The notes under the pieces: model-generated
What the model was told of the DNA's origin: nothing
The model's input: the letters and a program-made list of their open reading frames with translations, nothing else
Database searches by the model: none
Origin: Candidatus Omnitrophota bacterium
Lineage (GTDB): Bacteria; Omnitrophota; Gorgyraeia; Zapsychrales; JANLHA01
DNA length: 64,000 bases
Assembly (NCBI GenBank): GCA_038222225.1
Contig: JBBRHV010000003.1
Coordinates: forward strand, 10,331 to 74,330
Direction of reading: 5' to 3'
Position numbers and translations under genes: made by a program
Part shown: positions 1 to 10,818 of the stretch, in pieces
Position numbering within the stretch: the first letter of the stretch is position 1
Layout: each line of letters starts with the position of its first letter

Positions 1-1
1 A

Positions 2-346
2 AAAAACTCCCCGCTCATCATCAGCGCCAAAGGAGATATTCAATCCGATCCATACTACCAAAAGGTTGACGGCCTTACGAATGCGCTTATCAATACCCCT
101 GACGTTTCCGGAGTTAAAAGCATCCCCAGCGGCCCTGCAGATCTTAAGGACGCAATGACGAGCTCATTATGGAAACGCATACTGATCTCGCAAGATCAAC
201 GTTCAACAAATATTATTATTTTCCTCGACGATGAAAAATCTTCTGAGAGCATCAAGCCAATTGAAAAGCTTATTAATGACGCCGAAAACAACGACTTCCA
301 ATTAAGTGCCTCCGGCCTCCCCTATATTGTTGAACTGATCAAATGA
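2..346 (+). pseudogene. MMPL/RND-family exporter N-terminal part, 5'-partial and apparently truncated
   Basis: Frame open from window start (KNSPLIISAKGDI...LWKRILISQDQRSTNIIIFL...SGLPYIVELIK*); resembles the MMPL periplasmic loop and stops before the expected TM helices. Confidence 0.5.
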
Positions 347-393
347 TCCTTTCTTTCTTTTAACTTATCAAACTCCTTTAAAATAGCCGCTAA

Positions 394-555
394 TTTCACT
401 ATCAAAACAAGAACTTCCTCAATCTCTGCCCAGAAGTTCAGCAAGACATCATCCTCGGTGATGAAGAAAACTTTCGCGATATCCCCGAATACAAAAGCCG
501 CCCCATCCTTCAGTTGTTCGATCCAAATACTCAGCTCTCCCGATGGAAAAAGATG
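394..555 (+). pseudogene. remnant of small accessory protein of large serine recombinase modules
   Basis: Startless frame NFLNLCPEVQQDIILGDEENFRDIPEYKSRPILQLFDPNTQLSRWKR*; resembles from recall the LL.L.P.IQE.I...W..Q...W pattern; in-frame stops upstream. Confidence 0.4.
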
Positions 556-558
556 ACG

Positions 559-873
559 TTCATTTACTAAGTGGCAATTCTGAGAGGACTGATCCATATT
601 GGGCCATAAATGGGACCTTCGAGAGGCATGAGCTTTTTGAATTATCCACAGCTAAGGCATAAACCACAAAACAACGCCCCAATCATGCCCTAACCGTTTG
701 CAACCAACGCGGGCATCCCTCCTTCGGAGGTCGATGCTGCGTAATCATCTAAACCCTGCAAAAAACAGCAGCGTTTAGATACGCAAACCGCATCAAAGAG
801 ATCCCTGACTGCGTTTGGCAATCAGGGATCTTTTTGATTCTAAGAGTCGCTTCCGACACTGTTATACTGGTAG
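559..873. repeat. element-end repeat copy 1 (CATTTACTAA box, hairpins, terminator, TGGTAG tRNA-Glu 3' end)
   Basis: Aligns by eye with 33730-33963 and 36826-37142. Confidence 0.85.
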
Positions 874-1350
874 TGGGGGCTAATCGCGGTAGTCATAGCC
901 TCTCTACGTCATTATCCATATCCTATATAATTGAAATTACAAAATCAAAGCAATTTGCGGATCACAGAGAATGCTTTATCAACTGGAGTGATTCGAACCA
1001 ATTAATACCACAATTTGAAGCCAAAAACAACGCGAAAAAATGTCCTATTTGTCCACTTTTTAGACGCCAGAATTTACATAACTATTTGATATATAATCAA
1101 TTGGGGGCGTCCGGAACCTTTAAGGCGGACATAACTTTTTTCGCAATTATAAATATCCAAATCACTTAAAAGGGACATCTTAGCCTTCAAGTTATGAAGT
1201 TGAAGCATATTTTACATAACCCGTTGCTATATAAAGAAAAGACAGATAACCTAACAAGTTGTATGCTGGATTTGTGATCGTTCTAGGGCGACTGAGCACA
1301 TCAAGTTTGAACCTCTTTAATGACCTGAAATAGTTTTTTAAACTAAATTT

Positions 1351-2814
1351 CTACAGTATAGAAGAAAGAAGCCGCATCAAAGAATTCCGCAAATGCACAA
1401 TAGTAGAAGTTTTATTAAAATCTGCCAATGTAACTTCTTTTGAATTCGCCAGATCTTTCAGGATCTGCGCATCTATTTCATTTGTCAATTTTGGATCATA
1501 GAAAACAGCATTAACTTCATAATTCAGACGAAGACTTCTTATATCAAAATTTGCTGTTCCTATAGTACAAATCCGGCTATCACTTGACAGGATTTTCGCA
1601 TGCAAAAATCCTTTTTGATATTGAAAAATCCTTACACCAGACTTAAGAAGCTCTTCGAAATAAGAATATGCTGCCCAGTAAGGAATCAGATTATCCGGCA
1701 CTCCCGTCATCAATACTGTAACCTTAATGCCCCGCATCGCTGCTGTTTTTAAGGCCATAAGTAACGTCGTATCGGGAATAAAATATGGCGAAACAATAGT
1801 GATATTTTTTTGCGCCAGCGTAATAAAAGAGAAATACAGATGCATAATTGCCGGCCACGTTGAATCAAAGCCTGAAGTTGGAAATTGAATTGGAAGATCT
1901 CCCTCTAATCCAAGCTCTTCTGGAATCGGAAAATATTTTTTATCTAAAATATCTTCTTGATTAACAGTGTTGGCCCAATCAATCGAAAAAATTGCATTTA
2001 AAATATTGACGCAGTCTCCTTCAAGACGAATATGCGTATCTCTCCAGGAATCATATTTCTTCCCACCATCTATAACTTCCTGACCGACATTCATGCCGCC
2101 CGTATAGGCAATTTCTCCATCAATGACAGCGATTTTTCGATGATTCCTATAGTTAAAAGTGTGAACCTTAAAAGGCGATAAATAATTAAAGAATGGATAA
2201 ATAAGAACTCCGCCCTTTCTTAATTCGTGAATATACAAACGCCCTAAAGGAAAGAAGCATCCAGAATAATCATATAAAATCCTTACCTCCACACCTTGTT
2301 TCACTTTCTCAAGAAGAAGCGTTTTTAACGTCTGGCCTAAGCTATCATTTGAAGTCCAAATAAAATATTGAAGATGAATAAATTTCTTGGCTTCTTTAAT
2401 GTCCTTAATAAGATATTCAAACTTCTCTTTGCCCGCGTGGAAAACTTTTACCTTATTATTTGTTGTTAGCAGCGATCTTGAGTTGCGGTATAAAAGCGTC
2501 ATCAAGTCGTCTTGATAAACGTTGGACTGGCTCTTCATCTTCTTGATCAGCGCCTCCTGAACCTCATCGATCGGCTTAAATAACGTAATCAGATTCTTAG
2601 CAAGATGCTGTGGAAGCTTCCTTTTCTTATCATAACTTCTTTTCCAATTTCGACCAACAATCAAATAAATCACGAAACCAAACACAGGCAAAAGAATAAA
2701 AATGAATATCCAGGCAAATGTTTCAGAGGGCTGCCTATTGTCCAGCAAAAGAACAATGGCTGTAAAAATAATATAAATATGAAAAGCGATTACAAGAAGA
2801 GGAACAATGCTCAT
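1351..2814 (-). CDS. cls: cardiolipin synthase
   Basis: Two N-terminal TMs, two HKD motifs (NHRKIAVIDG, LHAKILSSD). Confidence 0.93.
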   Translation of the reverse strand: MSIVPLLVIAFHIYIIFTAIVLLLDNRQPSETFAWIFIFILLPVFGFVIYLIVGRNWKRSYDKKRKLPQHLAKNLITLFKPIDEVQEALIKKMKSQSNVYQDDLMTLLYRNSRSLLTTNNKVKVFHAGKEKFEYLIKDIKEAKKFIHLQYFIWTSNDSLGQTLKTLLLEKVKQGVEVRILYDYSGCFFPLGRLYIHELRKGGVLIYPFFNYLSPFKVHTFNYRNHRKIAVIDGEIAYTGGMNVGQEVIDGGKKYDSWRDTHIRLEGDCVNILNAIFSIDWANTVNQEDILDKKYFPIPEELGLEGDLPIQFPTSGFDSTWPAIMHLYFSFITLAQKNITIVSPYFIPDTTLLMALKTAAMRGIKVTVLMTGVPDNLIPYWAAYSYFEELLKSGVRIFQYQKGFLHAKILSSDSRICTIGTANFDIRSLRLNYEVNAVFYDPKLTNEIDAQILKDLANSKEVTLADFNKTSTIVHLRNSLMRLLSSIL

Positions 2815-2859
2815 TATGAACTCCTAAAAAGTACTGTTAAAATTTTTATCTATTCTGTC

Positions 2860-3246
2860 TTATTTCGTTACCTTAAAAACCCAGATTTTAAATGTAACGA
2901 AAGTAAAAATAGCAGTCGCCGTCGTTGCGATTATTAAAGCTAAAAAAACCGCCTGCTGACTAGCTTGCAAAACTATCTCATTGACAAAAACATTAACACC
3001 TAATGCGCAAATATTTGCGGCAGTGAATCGCATGACCTCCGTTAAGGATTTTTCATTTTGTTCAAACGTCCAATACTTATTTAACAAATAAGCAATTATA
3101 CCGCCGCAAGTGAACGAAATACATTTAGCCAGGGCAAATGGAAATAAATGGATCAGAACATAATACACAGTGATATCTGTAAAAATAGCAAGCAAGCCTA
3201 CTAGCATAAATCTTAGCAATTCTGATTTATTTTTACTTTTTATCAT
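2860..3246 (-). CDS. GtrA family protein
   Basis: 4 TM, RFMLVG start, YLLNKYWTF motif. Confidence 0.85.
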   Translation of the reverse strand: MIKSKNKSELLRFMLVGLLAIFTDITVYYVLIHLFPFALAKCISFTCGGIIAYLLNKYWTFEQNEKSLTEVMRFTAANICALGVNVFVNEIVLQASQQAVFLALIIATTATAIFTFVTFKIWVFKVTK

Positions 3247-4576
3247 TGGAAGTATGTTCTCGTATTATTCTTTTAATATTCTTTTGAATTTCCCTTACAA
3301 CCGTTGCTGGAATTCCGGCAATTGCTAAAGCGCCTGCTGAAGATGTATTTGACATTAGATCGGTTTGCATTTTCAGCATTCTCATCGCCTTTCTCCAAGC
3401 ACTATCTTCCACATGACGCTCCTCCTTACGATGCTTTTTTATGGTCGCAGAATAAAGCGCAAGCGCCTTATCAACACAAAGCGGTACGGAATAATTGTCA
3501 GCTGTTTTTTTAGAATTTTTAATCATAACTGCTCGGTCATGTAGAGATAATGCTGCCATCCAATCCAAGCAGGCAGAAAATTCCTTGATATTGTCTTTTT
3601 TGATCATTCTTCCATTTTGTTTGTCTATCAATATATCCCTGACTCCTGGCGCGTCAACCGCCACCACAGGCGTTCCCGCAGCCATCGCCTCTGCTAAAAC
3701 TAATCCCTGCGTTTCACTATGCGATGCAAATACAAAAACATCCAAAGCATCATACGCATTGATAAGCTGTTTTCCTTTTAATGAACCAGTACAGACCAGT
3801 CGATCGGCAAATTTCATTTTTTCAAAACTTTCTTTTATATCCTCCAGCGAAGGACCATTTCCAACAACAACAAAATATGCTTTTTTATTTTTCTTTAAAA
3901 AAGAAATCACTGCTTTGGATAAAAAAACTACATTTTTCTCCGGTGCGATTCGGCCTATGATGCCAACCACAAATGCATCGTTTGGAATACTAAAATATTT
4001 ACGAAATGTTTTACCGTCTCCTTTTTTAAATTCATCAACATAAATACCCGTAGGTACCACATCGATTGGTGCTATTACGCCTCTTTCTTTAAGAAGATCA
4101 GCTACACTTTTACTGGGAGCAATGACCTGATCACACAAATCCGCATAACCTTTTGCAAGCGCGATAACAAATTTTTTCATAGCCCTTGAATCGCCAGGTA
4201 AATAATGCGTGTTTTCTTCATAAATCGTATGATTCGTAAAAACAATTGGTACATTGAACTTTGCTGATGCTCTTAAGGCCGTGTCGCCAACTAAAAAAGG
4301 ATGATGTGTATGAATAATATCCGGTTTAAATTTTTTCAACGTTTGATTCAATTTTTGCGACATTGGCAATTCAACTGAAAAATCTGTATGATTAAACTTT
4401 TGAATCGCAGGAAGGCGAAAAACACCCCTTTCCCTCTTAGAATCTTTCTCGAATTCTGGAGCAATAATTAAAACCTTATGTCCACGTTTGCGATATTCAT
4501 TAGAAAAGACCTCAATCGATATCTCTAAACCCCCAAGAATAGGTTTATACGTATTGGTCATCATGATAATATTCAT
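3233..4576 (-). CDS. GT4 glycosyltransferase (diacylglycerol glucosyltransferase-like)
   Basis: MNI.M.TNTY.P..GG, IHTHHPF, SETQGLVLAEAMAAGTPVV. Confidence 0.9.
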   Translation of the reverse strand: MNIIMMTNTYKPILGGLEISIEVFSNEYRKRGHKVLIIAPEFEKDSKRERGVFRLPAIQKFNHTDFSVELPMSQKLNQTLKKFKPDIIHTHHPFLVGDTALRASAKFNVPIVFTNHTIYEENTHYLPGDSRAMKKFVIALAKGYADLCDQVIAPSKSVADLLKERGVIAPIDVVPTGIYVDEFKKGDGKTFRKYFSIPNDAFVVGIIGRIAPEKNVVFLSKAVISFLKKNKKAYFVVVGNGPSLEDIKESFEKMKFADRLVCTGSLKGKQLINAYDALDVFVFASHSETQGLVLAEAMAAGTPVVAVDAPGVRDILIDKQNGRMIKKDNIKEFSACLDWMAALSLHDRAVMIKNSKKTADNYSVPLCVDKALALYSATIKKHRKEERHVEDSAWRKAMRMLKMQTDLMSNTSSAGALAIAGIPATVVREIQKNIKRIIREHTSNDKK

Positions 4577-5227
4577 TTATATTTTCTCTTTTATTAAATT
4601 GTTTACTAAAAAATACACTCCCACAAGTAAAACAAGGGCTACTGCCATTTTCCACCAATGCTGGGGATTGGATAATACGCTTACAAATGAATCACCAAAA
4701 TAAACTAAAGCGATCGAACCCGGCAACATACCAATAATCGTACCCAAGATATACTTCCAATATTTTATTTTTGTTAAACCAATAATAATATTTTGAACAT
4801 CCCACGCAATATTGGGAACTAAGCGAATGATAACAACACTTATCAAACTGTTTTTTTCAATATATTTCTCTACCCTTTCAGCTTTTTTACCAACAATATT
4901 CTCAACCATTTCAGGAGCAATATAGCGGGCAATAAAAAACTGCCACGTTGCACACACAACATAAGCCACCATAATATAAATCAGTCCTTCCCATCCCCAA
5001 ATAACTCCGGCTAGAAGCGTGGCTCCGGTGGCTGGAAATAAAATAAAGGGACGAATTTGAAAAAATAATATATAAACCAGCGGTGCCCAGACGCCATATG
5101 CCGTAACACTTTCCTTTATTCGAACAATATCTATACCCGAATAATCTACGCCCATCTTTTTTAATACAACAAAAAGGGTTATAAATATCGCCGCAAAAAC
5201 ACCTAGTCGAATTAATGTTTTCTTCAT
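4577..5227 (-). CDS. TVP38/TMEM64 (DedA/VTT) membrane protein
   Basis: G.WAPL.YI, IRLVP, GT.IGMLPG motifs. Confidence 0.85.
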   Translation of the reverse strand: MKKTLIRLGVFAAIFITLFVVLKKMGVDYSGIDIVRIKESVTAYGVWAPLVYILFFQIRPFILFPATGATLLAGVIWGWEGLIYIMVAYVVCATWQFFIARYIAPEMVENIVGKKAERVEKYIEKNSLISVVIIRLVPNIAWDVQNIIIGLTKIKYWKYILGTIIGMLPGSIALVYFGDSFVSVLSNPQHWWKMAVALVLLVGVYFLVNNLIKEKI

Positions 5228-7476
5228 GTTAGATTGAATGAGATTTCTTGCTCATCACCGTTTACACTTACTGTGCTCATTCCCGGAATTTTAATTTCCA
5301 TCTGCGGTGGCTCTTTATGCCAATTCGCCTTCCATTGAATAAGAATGTCCTTCTGATGACATTTGATTTCTAATGAAATTTCTCCATAAATTGTCGATGC
5401 CGGACCAAACAATATATTATTTTCCTTCTTAAGCCATTCTAATGGAACGCCGGAACATAAAATTAACTTACCGACTGCTTCTTCCTCTCGGACAAAACAG
5501 TTGCGCATCATTATCATCCATTCCGCTGCGGCCCAGGTATGCTGGCCGTCCCCCATACATCCGCCTTTTGTTTTTGGATGAATCGCCTCCGGCCATTGGC
5601 CCGTGGGAGATGCTAGATCAGCAATTCCCTTCATTAATTGAAAATATCTTTTATCGCCCGCCCTCAAAAATACCTGAGCCATATGCAATGTTAAATAAGG
5701 ATTAATCCCTGAGTGGCTCATATCATGAAAAAAACCATTATTCACCAAACAATGATCAAACAAATACTCTGCTGTATCAGACAATCTGACATTCTCTTGA
5801 ATATTTAACTGCAAAGGATACCCGCAGGCCAACGATCCAACCGCAGATGAATCCAATCGTCGGTAAGGCGATGAAGGAATGGCTTGCCTTTTAATACGGC
5901 TTTCTACATCCTGTAAGCTTTTGTCAACAGCTTGACGCAATAAGTCCGCCTCCCGAGAAAAAACTGCGGATTCTTTTTCTTCACCATACATGAACGCTAA
6001 ATAAGATGCAGCCTCCAATCCTCCAATGCTCCAGAAATCGTCCCAATAATAATAATCATTCGGTCCAAAATGCTCGGCGCTAAAACCTGAAGGCATTAAA
6101 CCCGCATGAATCTTTTTCATATTATCCGCAAGGCGTTTTCTCTTAATCCATCGCGCCCCTTTATGAATCATCTCTTTCCACTCATCCTTCGGCGGCTTAT
6201 TTGTCATTTGAACAAACTTTTGTATAAGCCAAAGAACCTGCCCATTAGAATCCCATTCACCTTCTTGCGACTCAAAGTATCCGCTTATACCTTGCCTCTC
6301 ATGAAATCGATCGATAATACGTTCTGCACGTTCATAAAAACCACAGCATAAAAGAGAATATGTAATAAATACCGCATCACGAAACCAAAATCGTTTATAA
6401 ATGTAGGGCCCGGCATATACATCTTCTGCGGTGTGGGTGATGACTGTCCGCAATGATGAATTGAAAAGATACTGAAAATGCTTATCCGGCACCTCAAGCT
6501 GGCAGGACTTTTCAAGATACTCGATCCAATTTTTTCCGGCATCGGATGATTTTTTTGAAAGTCTCGTTTTTTCTCTTAAAGGAATACTAACTTTTACTTC
6601 CCTTTTTTTGCCTTTTTCTAAATTAAATACAGCTGCAGCACTAGCCATTTCATGAGAACAGCTTATATGCTCTTTTGCGCTGCTTTTCTCATTGAATTGA
6701 TAATAAACATCCCCGTGGTGAAAATCGGATACTACATAATGCTCTGGCTCAATATCAAACAGCACATCGTGCATTTTATTGACTCGCCATCCAGGCCCAC
6801 GCTTTAACAATGAAATATCCTTAACCAAACTAATGCCCTCTGGATTATACGGCCGCAAAGAAACAACTAAACAATTACTATTCTGTCCTTCTGCTGTCAT
6901 CGCAATACAACAAGTTGGATTGCCCTCTTCTTTAATCATTTTGACGCGAGTTGTTAAATGCATATCGCCCGATGAAGACTTGGTCACAACGCTGTTATCT
7001 TCCAATTCCAAATATTGATCAACTTCATTTAACTGTGCAGGAATTAAATCTTTACCATTCTTTGCGACAATCCAAACATCAATTGACCAACTATCCCAAA
7101 AAGGGGTAACTAAGCCACGAGGATCGACTAAGGGAGTTTCTTCCATGTCCGGCAAGCCGACTGCCGTCCAATTTCGGTGCGTTAAATTAATATGCGTTAA
7201 TGAAAAAGAGCGGGGAATAAATGAATCATCCTTTGGATCAAACTGTTTATTCACCCAAAATGGCCAAATCCAGTCTAAATTGTGCTGGATGACCTGTGTA
7301 TTTAACAAGCCCCTGGCATGCAAGACCGCTGTAGCGCGTAATAATTCTGTAGGCGCGAGCACTTCTGAAGGTTGCGCAAATCGACTTATTTTTGTAAAAA
7401 GCCTGACAGGATCTAAAAATCCATGCGCGTGAGCTAAGCGTCTTACAAAATATTTCCAGATAAATCGATTAAACAT
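5224..7476 (-). CDS. six-hairpin glycosidase-like (GH15-like) protein
   Basis: YKRFWFRD, GEWDSNGQ, WPEAIHP...GCMGDGQH motifs; 750 aa. Confidence 0.7.
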   Translation of the reverse strand: MFNRFIWKYFVRRLAHAHGFLDPVRLFTKISRFAQPSEVLAPTELLRATAVLHARGLLNTQVIQHNLDWIWPFWVNKQFDPKDDSFIPRSFSLTHINLTHRNWTAVGLPDMEETPLVDPRGLVTPFWDSWSIDVWIVAKNGKDLIPAQLNEVDQYLELEDNSVVTKSSSGDMHLTTRVKMIKEEGNPTCCIAMTAEGQNSNCLVVSLRPYNPEGISLVKDISLLKRGPGWRVNKMHDVLFDIEPEHYVVSDFHHGDVYYQFNEKSSAKEHISCSHEMASAAAVFNLEKGKKREVKVSIPLREKTRLSKKSSDAGKNWIEYLEKSCQLEVPDKHFQYLFNSSLRTVITHTAEDVYAGPYIYKRFWFRDAVFITYSLLCCGFYERAERIIDRFHERQGISGYFESQEGEWDSNGQVLWLIQKFVQMTNKPPKDEWKEMIHKGARWIKRKRLADNMKKIHAGLMPSGFSAEHFGPNDYYYWDDFWSIGGLEAASYLAFMYGEEKESAVFSREADLLRQAVDKSLQDVESRIKRQAIPSSPYRRLDSSAVGSLACGYPLQLNIQENVRLSDTAEYLFDHCLVNNGFFHDMSHSGINPYLTLHMAQVFLRAGDKRYFQLMKGIADLASPTGQWPEAIHPKTKGGCMGDGQHTWAAAEWMIMMRNCFVREEEAVGKLILCSGVPLEWLKKENNILFGPASTIYGEISLEIKCHQKDILIQWKANWHKEPPQMEIKIPGMSTVSVNGDEQEISFNLT

Positions 7477-7536
7477 AAACTATTTTCTTTCTAATATAAC
7501 AGATATAAACATCTCCTTTAGTCCCATTGCAATTTT

Positions 7537-8325
7537 CTATAATTGAAAATCAGCAATCAAAGGCAGATGATCTGATGCTATTCTTGTTAATTTTGTTGAT
7601 GGAATATCGACTGCATTCAACTCTATGTTCCCTCTGTAAAATATATGGTCTACTTCAAACAATGGATAATAACTAAAAAATGTTTTTTTGTTGTTTTTTA
7701 GGATAAGTTTCGCTTCTTTAAATTCCGTGCGCAGCATTTTGTAAGTTGCTGACCTAGGTCCTGCGTTAAAATCTCCACATAGTATTGTTGGAATATTTTC
7801 ATTCAATCCTTGCGTCCACTTTGCACTTAAAATATCCTCTGCTTGTAACGTTCTTTCGTTAACCCTAAGCCCTAAATGAGTCGTAAAAAAATTAATGACA
7901 TGAGGACCTATTTTAATATTAGCCCATATCATTTCCCGCGATTCATAAAAATATTTTAAAGCTGGAATATGCTTCAGAAAAAATCCCTCCCCACTGAGGC
8001 CAGCCAAACGTTCCGCTTTGACAATATTAAAAGGATGTTGACTCAAAAAAGATATTCCATAATGTTCCCCTTCAAGAGTTATTGCCGGCTGAAAATGACA
8101 ATGCATCCGCAAATACTCGGCAATATATGAAGGCTGATCGATATTCCTTGATGATTTCCTATTAACATCCAATTCCTGCAGAGCAACGATATCGGGGGAA
8201 TACTTCTCTATGACCTGACAAATACGCTCAGGGGAAACTTTACCATCTAGTCCGCGGCAGCTATGGACATTATACGTCATAACCCTTATTTTAGATTTTA
8301 GTTCTTTTTTCTTCATGAACCTCAC
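7537..8325 (-). CDS. endonuclease/exonuclease/phosphatase family protein
   Basis: MTYNVH, LQELD, GDFN, DHIF, ASDHLP. Confidence 0.9.
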   Translation of the reverse strand: MRFMKKKELKSKIRVMTYNVHSCRGLDGKVSPERICQVIEKYSPDIVALQELDVNRKSSRNIDQPSYIAEYLRMHCHFQPAITLEGEHYGISFLSQHPFNIVKAERLAGLSGEGFFLKHIPALKYFYESREMIWANIKIGPHVINFFTTHLGLRVNERTLQAEDILSAKWTQGLNENIPTILCGDFNAGPRSATYKMLRTEFKEAKLILKNNKKTFFSYYPLFEVDHIFYRGNIELNAVDIPSTKLTRIASDHLPLIADFQL

Positions 8326-8344
8326 AAATGAAGCCTTCTAAACT

Positions 8345-8425
8345 CCCCGCAGCAAGCGTGCGGGACATCCAGATAGGGCTTCATTCCCCGAGCATATTAA
8401 CCTCGCAGCAAGCTGCGAGGTATTC
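8345..8425. mobile_element. IS200/IS605-end-like palindromic MITE
   Basis: Two related hairpins CCCGCAGCAAGCGTGCGGG and ACCTCGCAGCAAGCTGCGAGGT, no transposase. Confidence 0.5.
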
Positions 8426-8450
8426 GAGGGCAATAAAATTCCTACTGACA

Positions 8451-10172
8451 TTAATGCAACAAAATGTTATCCGTCCGCTGTCCATGACTATGAACCATGT
8501 TTTTCCCTGCCTTCTTGGATTTTGATAACTCAATATCCGCCCTTTGGATCAACTCATATCTATTCGTATTGTGAGCCGTACATTGGGCGACACCAATGCT
8601 CACAGTCACCTCCCGTTTCAGTGAAAGAGCTGCCACGGTGCCTCTGATCCTTGCTGCCACGATCTTGGCCGAAGACACATCCGAATCCGGCAAAATAATA
8701 ACAAATTCATCCCCGGCATACCGACATACAATATCAACATCACGTATACTTTGTTCAAAGGCCTTACCCATCTTTTGCAGCAAAGTATCCCCGTCAAGGT
8801 GACCAAAAGTATCATTATATGACTTAAAATCATCCACATCAATCATAAGTAAAGACAACGGTCTTTCTGGATGACGCTTCAATCTTACAATTTCATGATC
8901 TAACATTTTTGAAAAATAACGGAAATTATAAAGATGCGTCAAAGGATCAGTAATGGAAAGATGCGTTAAATCTCGATATAGTTTCGCGTTTTCCATTGCC
9001 ACAGCTACCTGACGCACGAGCATACATAAAATTTTCAGATCTAGGCCGGAAAAGACGATTCCTTCTTTTGACTTTTTATCCGCGACATTAATAAAACCCA
9101 TCACATTACCGCCTAACTTTATCGGCGCGGAGATAAACGACTTAGTCTTATAAGAGACTCCCTTCTTTCTTAAAAATCTCTTATCATGTTCGATGTCAGT
9201 AATTAAAAGCGGCTTACACTCGCGTGCAATAACCCCCGCTACAGACCCTTCTCTCTTAAATTCGCCGCTGTGAATAAACTTATCCTCTATTCCTTTGTGC
9301 CCTTTGATACAAAGTTCACGTGTATCATCATCAACGATCATCAACGAGCACTTTCCCGCCTCAAGCACTTCCATTGTTTTATTAACAATGAAATCAAATA
9401 ATTTATTCGCATCAAAGATGGTGTTTAGATGTTCTTCAATGCCCAGCACCTTTCTGATTTTATTTCTTTCCAAAACAACTTCTTCGTTCAATTCTTTAAG
9501 CTTTTTTTCTATTTCTATGCGCTCTGAAATATCCCGTGCAATGCTGGAAATCCCGATAATATTGCCAAAAGAATTTTTAATGGGGGAAAGTGCTAAAGAA
9601 ATAGGGATTAGGTGCCCATCTTTATGCTTACATACTGTTTGATAATGTTTGATTTCCCCGCCATCATTGACCTCATCTAATAAGCGCATCTCATCAGCTA
9701 ATCTATCTTCAGGAATAATTCGGTTGACTAGCTGACCAATCATCTCGTTTCTTGAATATCCAAAAAGAATTTCCGCAGCCTCATTCCAGCTAAGGACAAT
9801 ATTGTCTGGTGTTTTTCCGATAATGGCATCAAGTGAAGAATCAACAATAGCCGCCAACGTTGCACTGATCATTCGTTCTTTTTTAAATCTCAGACCAGAA
9901 ATAGTCAACGCCCAAATCAAAGCTATTGATACATGCCATATTTTTTCTGTTGATGGGGAAAGTTTCCAGCTGACGATGAGCAACACAGACGCTATGACCG
10001 CAAAAAAATAAACGTTTCTGCTTTTTGAGGATTGCAAAGACAACATAATAACAAGAAGATATAAAACACCGAAAACTGGCCATGAAAATAAACTATCCAT
10101 ACTGAATATAAAAAGCAACAAAATAACACACCCAATAAAAATAAGAGCGTCTTTTGATTTATGCTTTTTCAT
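8451..10172 (-). CDS. membrane PAS-GAF diguanylate cyclase
   Basis: TMs, PAS, GAF, DPLT/DVDDFK..ND..GH, RDVD I-site, AGDEF active-site variant. Confidence 0.88.
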   Translation of the reverse strand: MKKHKSKDALIFIGCVILLLFIFSMDSLFSWPVFGVLYLLVIMLSLQSSKSRNVYFFAVIASVLLIVSWKLSPSTEKIWHVSIALIWALTISGLRFKKERMISATLAAIVDSSLDAIIGKTPDNIVLSWNEAAEILFGYSRNEMIGQLVNRIIPEDRLADEMRLLDEVNDGGEIKHYQTVCKHKDGHLIPISLALSPIKNSFGNIIGISSIARDISERIEIEKKLKELNEEVVLERNKIRKVLGIEEHLNTIFDANKLFDFIVNKTMEVLEAGKCSLMIVDDDTRELCIKGHKGIEDKFIHSGEFKREGSVAGVIARECKPLLITDIEHDKRFLRKKGVSYKTKSFISAPIKLGGNVMGFINVADKKSKEGIVFSGLDLKILCMLVRQVAVAMENAKLYRDLTHLSITDPLTHLYNFRYFSKMLDHEIVRLKRHPERPLSLLMIDVDDFKSYNDTFGHLDGDTLLQKMGKAFEQSIRDVDIVCRYAGDEFVIILPDSDVSSAKIVAARIRGTVAALSLKREVTVSIGVAQCTAHNTNRYELIQRADIELSKSKKAGKNMVHSHGQRTDNILLH

Positions 10173-10277
10173 ACATGTCCGTTCCTTGCCTTTAAGTTTT
10201 ACAAATTTTCTTCAACTTTCCCCATTAAGAAACGTCCTGATCTATTCTTCTTACTTACAAATGATACATCCCTACCA

Positions 10278-10562
10278 TTAATTATTTTCAAAAACAAAAA
10301 CAACTTTGGTGTCAGGCGCAATCATACAGATCCCGTCATTAAAACACGTTTTAACTCCATTGACCACCGCGATACCTTTACGAATATTAAAAACATTCTC
10401 AGACACTTTTTTACAGAAAACAACACAATGATTGTCTTCTTTCTGTTGCCTTTCCAGGCCGCCAAGAACATTTGGCGGGATCAGATACTGATAAAACTTT
10501 TCAGTCTCACACTCTTGCATAAGTTTACTTTCCATAACCCCTTCTCCTTGTTCAAAAATCAT
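10278..10562 (-). CDS. hypothetical protein
   Basis: Co-oriented ORF, GGAG RBS before internal Met. Confidence 0.4.
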   Translation of the reverse strand: MIFEQGEGVMESKLMQECETEKFYQYLIPPNVLGGLERQQKEDNHCVVFCKKVSENVFNIRKGIAVVNGVKTCFNDGICMIAPDTKVVFVFENN

Positions 10563-10629
10563 TTATCGAAATAGACGCACCTCTCCATTCCGCGCTTCTT
10601 ATCTTCCGCACGCTTAACGGCGTTTCTCC

Positions 10630-10818
10630 TTACCGAATACGCACGCCATTCAAGTCGCCTAATATGCCGAATGATTGCAGCAACCAGATCGCCACAACAA
10701 TAACCACAACGACATTTAAAACAGACTTGATCTTGGGATCCATGGGGATATACGTATTCACTAACCATAGAATGACCCCCACAACAACCAAAGCAATAAT
10801 CATTGAAATTAATGACAT
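10630..10818 (-). CDS. Thivi_2564 family small membrane protein
   Basis: MSLISMIIALVVVGVILWLVNTYIPMDPKIKSVLN; AGGAGG RBS; start corrected. Confidence 0.85.
   Translation of the reverse strand: MSLISMIIALVVVGVILWLVNTYIPMDPKIKSVLNVVVVIVVAIWLLQSFGILGDLNGVRIR

Noticed and set aside
322-597. 91-aa minus-strand ORF
   Set aside because: No recognisable motif; the plus-strand frame gives a more meaningful remnant.
984-996. GATTCGAACC as another tRNA T-arm remnant
   Set aside because: Too short, no acceptor-stem match, and it lies inside the cryptic peptide frame.
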